From an uncultured Calditrichaceae bacterium (GTDB taxonomy: Bacteria; Calditrichota; Calditrichia; Calditrichales; J004): a DNA stretch of 64,000 nt. Under the pieces are notes generated by a model that was not told the origin of the DNA, ran no database searches, and was given only the letters and a program-made list of their open reading frames with translations. How positions within the stretch are numbered: the stretch's first letter is position 1; each line of letters begins with the position of its first letter. Location: positions 1,366 through 65,365 of the forward strand of contig CAYWBI010000005.1 of NCBI GenBank assembly GCA_964456445.1, written 5' to 3'. The position numbers and the translations under genes were made by a program. Below are positions 60,435 to 64,000 of this stretch, piece after piece.

Positions 60435-60835
60435 TTTTTATGCTTTTTTAAGGATTTTTGTTTTATTTCAGAAAGAACACGCATGGCGCGGAACAAGGCC
60501 ACTATAAAAACCAGGACAAGAACCAACAACAGGAACATCCGGTAATTGAGCGCGATTATTTTGTTCCAATGCAAAAAGCCGTTAAAAAATATGATCAGCA
60601 CAAACAAGCTTAGCAAACCGCTCAAAAAATTTAAACGTTTATTGTTTTCACGTCGGATTTGATAGTCATCCCGCAGGATTTTCACTTCGACCATAAAGGC
60701 CAGGGTGGCCAGCAAAGCTGCGACAAGAAAGTCGGTTGCCGCCTGGATCCCAAAAATGTTTAAAATAAAAAAACCTATAACAAAGGCTATCAGGGGCGAA
60801 AAATCCTGTAATGATTTTATATTAGATGTGGACAT
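60431..60835 (-). CDS. Hypothetical 4-TM membrane protein
   Basis: 134 aa, four hydrophobic helices. ATGA overlap with the downstream htrA start suggests co-translation. Confidence 0.55.
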   Translation of the reverse strand: MSTSNIKSLQDFSPLIAFVIGFFILNIFGIQAATDFLVAALLATLAFMVEVKILRDDYQIRRENNKRLNFLSGLLSLFVLIIFFNGFLHWNKIIALNYRMFLLLVLVLVFIVALFRAMRVLSEIKQKSLKKHKK

Positions 60836-60980
60836 GGGACGATCTTATAGTGTGATGTGTTTTATTTGTACTTAAACTTAGTGGTAAACCTGCAAAGATA
60901 GAAATTTTTTTGCTCTGCGAAGACAGGGGAGACAGACCTGTGGATGAGAAAGATTTACGAAAGGGAAATCCTAAGGAAAT

Positions 60981-61005
60981 AAAACTAAGGTGAGACCTTC
61001 GTTTT
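60981..61005 (-). terminator. Terminator-like hairpin after the T9SS-cargo gene
   Basis: Minus strand AAAACGAAGGT-CTC-ACCTTAGTTTT, an 11-position stem with one mismatch, followed by a T-rich tract. It lies 72 nt past the stop at 61077. Confidence 0.5.
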
Positions 61006-61076
61006 ATATTCTCTTCTTTGTTCATCCTAAAGCGGATCGTATTGGGTATATGGATTCTGTGGATCAATACAACATC

Positions 61077-62180
61077 TTATTGAAGCAAAATCATGCGACG
61101 TGATTTTTGCATGTCCCCCACTGTGACACGATAATAATAAACGCCTGTTGCCAATCCGCCGGCATTAAAAATAAAACGTTGCATCCCGCTCGATTGTTTC
61201 CCCAGGTCAAAGCTGTGCAAATGCCGTCCCGCGATATCAAAGATATCCAGGATTACATGTGCCGGGCGGTTTAAGCGATAGCGGATTTCCGTGGACGGGT
61301 TAAAGGGATTGGGAAAGTTGGGCAAAAGCTCAAATGTTTTGGGAAAATGGACCAGGGGGGGCCCCAATGCTGAAACCGCATCAAAGTGATGACTGTAAAC
61401 CAGGGCATGATAGCCAAGATAATCCTGACCGGTTTGAACGGCAATATGGTTCAAGCCCTGTTGTACCTTCAGGCTGTCAATCAGATAGTAGTCCGCATAT
61501 TTGCCAAGATTTCCGTAAAAGATCCCATCGTTGGCAAGCGCGTTTCCATTAAGAAAAATGTTTTCTTTGTCGCTGCTCAAACTGTCAGCGGCTTCGGTCA
61601 ATACGGCAATTTTTACACCCTGATATGCCTGATCCGTTTGGATAAGAACCGAAGAAGAGTCGTTTTTTAAAGATTCGGACCCGAGAAATAAATCAATACG
61701 CGCCTCGGGCAGGGAGGGGTCTTCATAAACAAGATATAAAAAGGAAAGATAACTCAATTTTAAATTGGCAACGGAAGCAATTACATCTGCCCCATTGCTT
61801 TTGCTTGTCACATCATATACAAAGGTTGACAAAATAAATTCACCGTCCGCATCATAAAAAACCGTATCATTTTGTACCGTTTCCCCGCCAACCTGAACTG
61901 TAATGTTTGTGGAATCCGGCCGCCAATCGGTGACCACATACCATGCCTTGTGCACAGTGGCGCCCGATGGAAGAAAACCCAATGAAAAAGTATCGCTTAG
62001 GGCCGTTGAACTATCATGGGCAAGTGGCAGGGTTTTATATCCATACGTACCTTGCCAACTGCCAAATAAAGTTAGGGGCGCGTCCCCCGAAGTAGAATTT
62101 TTTATCAGGTGATGTTGTTGCGATGGAACCTGGGCAACGGCAAACACCGCTAACAATAAAAAAGCAAAGAATTTTTTCAT
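61077..62180 (-). CDS. Secreted protein with C-terminal T9SS (Por) sorting domain
   Basis: 367 aa. Signal peptide MKKFFAFLLLAVFAVAQ. C-terminal ~80 aa LLPNFPNPFNPSTEIRYRLNRPAHVILDIFDIAGRHL...GVYYYRVTVGD...RRMILLQ match the type A T9SS CTD pattern. The N-terminal domain is unassigned. Confidence 0.8.
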   Translation of the reverse strand: MKKFFAFLLLAVFAVAQVPSQQHHLIKNSTSGDAPLTLFGSWQGTYGYKTLPLAHDSSTALSDTFSLGFLPSGATVHKAWYVVTDWRPDSTNITVQVGGETVQNDTVFYDADGEFILSTFVYDVTSKSNGADVIASVANLKLSYLSFLYLVYEDPSLPEARIDLFLGSESLKNDSSSVLIQTDQAYQGVKIAVLTEAADSLSSDKENIFLNGNALANDGIFYGNLGKYADYYLIDSLKVQQGLNHIAVQTGQDYLGYHALVYSHHFDAVSALGPPLVHFPKTFELLPNFPNPFNPSTEIRYRLNRPAHVILDIFDIAGRHLHSFDLGKQSSGMQRFIFNAGGLATGVYYYRVTVGDMQKSRRMILLQ

Positions 62181-62189
62181 AATTTTTCT

Positions 62190-64000
62190 CTAATAGGTTA
62201 CAAAGCGGCTGCGTGATGGATGCTTCGTCAGTTTTATGTCCTTCAACATGGGGTCCTTTATGTTGATTTGGAAACTGTAATATCCCTGCTGCGGCTGCCA
62301 GTTAAAACTCATTTCCCAGCAATGCAGATCACGATAAATATTAAGCGTCTGATATGCAAGTTTTTTATCGATTAAATCCAGGTTTACCCGCCATCCCAGT
62401 TTCCAGTTTTTAGTTATTCTTATTTGGGCATTAACCGATGAATTTAAACGTTGGATGGTATTTTTAGGGTCGTTACGGTTTAACGTATAGTTAAATGAAA
62501 AAGCCAGCGACCATGGTCGTTTTACCCGTCTTAATTCTTCCCGTTCCCGGTCACGTGTGTTGTCCGTGCGGCCAAAAAGATTGTTGCCGGTCAATAAACT
62601 GTCTTCTGTGCCTGTACTTAATGATTTCGGTTCGCCCGCCGGTTTTTCCTTTTTTCCAAAAGTTTGATTGTTGAGCGTAAAACTGAAATTTGTGTTGAAT
62701 GCGGTGAGACGCGGCAACCAGGCGCCTTTTTCAAAGAAAAACGTATTGCCGTCTTCCTTGCCATCGGCGCCAATGGCGTACAAACTGTGTACGGCGGTGG
62801 CCGAAAAACTCTTGCCAAAAGCGTTCAGTGTGTAGGAAGACGTCAATCGTCCCCACTGAAAAGAGGTGGCATTTAAATTATAATTGGTGCGGAAATTTGC
62901 TTTAAACAAATCCTGCTTTTTTTCATTACCTTTTTCATCGAGTGTTTTTGTCTGGAACAAATTGTCGAGAGATAAATTCATCCGCTTGGACTTACTGCGG
63001 GAGGTTGCCCCAAAAGGTGATCTGCTAAACTTATCGACCAGAACAACCTGTCCGGTCGTATCCAGGACCTCGCTAAAATAGCCATAATTCGCTGCGGAAA
63101 AATCCGGTGTATATGAGAATGATACCGATGGGGTAAGTGTATGGCGTATGGCGCGCAAAGATCCGATATGCGGTTCAAACATTCCATAGAGCTTAGTTGA
63201 GAGTGCAACAGCCGTATTAAAGGTATGGCGGGCGGCAAAACCCTTTTTGGTTGAGGTGACCAGTTTGTTGGTTTGCGGATCGATCGTGCCCACCGCGATC
63301 CCGTCCACCCAGACTTCGTCAAAATTTAACGATGGGCGGATGTTTATATATTTAAAAATTTTTTGTGGTGCATTTAAACTAAATGTATGCTTTAAGCCAA
63401 ACTTTTGTGTATCTGTAAAGCTTGTATCCAACCTTGATGAGTCAGCCTGGGTGATACTTATTTTATGGCTTCCGGAATATAGCAGACGCGAATTATAGGC
63501 AAACATAATGTTTTGGTACCAGCCGCGTTGTGTGCCTAACTTTTTACCGCTGATGCTCTCAAATAAATTACTTTGGCGGTGGTTAAAGGTCATCGATGGG
63601 AAAACATAATCACTTTCATTACTTTGCAGGTTTTGGGTGCGGGTCATACTCAGGTTCATGCTGTTTTTTGTGCCTTTAAATGATTTGGAAATAGCCAGGG
63701 TTGAAGTAATATTTTGATTCAACCGGTCTTCCAGGCTTGGCGATACATCCCGTTGAAAGTCTTTATCGCTTTGGAAACGACCGCTACCGCTGATGTGCAG
63801 TGTGGGGTCAATGGTCTGGTTGTGACGGAAATTTAATACCCAGCGCTGTCGGTTTAAACCGGTTGTGGGGTCACGCGGGAGATATTGCCCGGAGAAACTG
63901 CCGTTTAATTTGTAACGCACATTATATCGGGCGGAACCCCGATAGGTAAAGCCAATCCGGTCATAGAAATCGGTTTGCAGCGTTGCGTCCATAAAATCAT
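62190..64000 (-). CDS. Large beta-barrel outer-membrane protein, LptD-like (N-terminus beyond window edge)
   Basis: The frame is open through nt 64000. It is rich in alternating aromatic/polar beta-strand patterns and resembles the C-terminal barrel of Bacteroidota-type putative LPS-assembly LptD proteins. Family call by eye. Confidence 0.5.
   Translation of the reverse strand, partial: DFMDATLQTDFYDRIGFTYRGSARYNVRYKLNGSFSGQYLPRDPTTGLNRQRWVLNFRHNQTIDPTLHISGSGRFQSDKDFQRDVSPSLEDRLNQNITSTLAISKSFKGTKNSMNLSMTRTQNLQSNESDYVFPSMTFNHRQSNLFESISGKKLGTQRGWYQNIMFAYNSRLLYSGSHKISITQADSSRLDTSFTDTQKFGLKHTFSLNAPQKIFKYINIRPSLNFDEVWVDGIAVGTIDPQTNKLVTSTKKGFAARHTFNTAVALSTKLYGMFEPHIGSLRAIRHTLTPSVSFSYTPDFSAANYGYFSEVLDTTGQVVLVDKFSRSPFGATSRSKSKRMNLSLDNLFQTKTLDEKGNEKKQDLFKANFRTNYNLNATSFQWGRLTSSYTLNAFGKSFSATAVHSLYAIGADGKEDGNTFFFEKGAWLPRLTAFNTNFSFTLNNQTFGKKEKPAGEPKSLSTGTEDSLLTGNNLFGRTDNTRDREREELRRVKRPWSLAFSFNYTLNRNDPKNTIQRLNSSVNAQIRITKNWKLGWRVNLDLIDKKLAYQTLNIYRDLHCWEMSFNWQPQQGYYSFQINIKDPMLKDIKLTKHPSRSRFVTY

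Noticed and set aside
60822-61067. 81-aa minus-strand ORF in the spacer between the T9SS-cargo gene and the 4-TM gene
   Set aside because: It spans the terminator-like hairpin at 60981-61005, has no ribosome-binding context, and its product is Ser/Arg-rich with no motif. It is probably non-coding 5' leader.

Overview
This is a 64-kb chromosomal window from a Gram-negative, non-proteobacterial-looking bacterium. A T9SS-type C-terminal sorting domain, an LptD-like outer-membrane protein and a eukaryote-like citrate synthase point to an FCB-group, Ignavibacteria or Calditrichota-like lineage; that call is inference only.

Layout:
- 1-12.4 kb, minus strand: glgA, a GalT-family gene, then a tightly overlapping chain esterase / APC permease with EIIA+TrkA-C tail / murQ / rsmG / mnmG, followed by mnmE, yidC, rnpA and rpmH.
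- 12.36-12.81 kb: AT-rich spacer with DnaA-box-like 9-mers (candidate oriC). dnaA is missing from its usual slot.
- 12.8-20.3 kb, plus strand: dnaN, recF, DUF721 (DciA-like), gyrB, gyrA, rex.
- 20-27 kb: TPR lipoprotein, an exported hypothetical, and a minus-strand operon HEAT-cyclophilin lipoprotein / TPR / orphan histidine kinase / ECF sigma.
- 27.3-31.1 kb: three uncharacterised genes that I read as a pilin-like giant coiled-coil protein, a PilM-like protein and a PilN/O-like protein.
- 31-35 kb: rsmD, coaD, pta, a zinc-ribbon protein and citrate synthase.
- 35-46 kb: generally more GC-rich and accessory-looking. It holds an orphan 614-aa TIM-barrel-like protein behind a 550-nt leader, a structured convergent spacer, a 3D-domain exported protein, TRAP dctQM without a binding protein, an AAA ATPase, proline dehydrogenase, a GT2 glycosyltransferase, a small ORF coupled to a Y-family DNA polymerase behind a perfect GTGTAC-N4-GTACAC palindrome, and a 628-nt hairpin-rich spacer bounded by two ~90-nt direct repeats.
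- 46.5-50.1 kb: operon of an IDH/IPMDH-family dehydrogenase, a mini beta-carbonic-anhydrase-like protein, an HMG-CoA-lyase-like protein and a family III CoA-transferase.
- 50.3-55.9 kb: norCBQDEF-type nitric oxide reductase cluster with an internal hairpin terminator.
- 56-64 kb: SPFH/NfeD pair, a catalytically dead HtrA paralog next to an active HtrA, a T9SS cargo protein and a partial LptD-like protein.

I found no tRNA, rRNA, CRISPR array, transposase, integrase or phage genes.

The best leads for something undescribed are the pilus-like trio (27.3-31.1 kb) and the small-ORF / Y-family polymerase / palindrome / repeat locus (44.3-46.4 kb). All homology statements come from motif recognition by eye, not database searches.
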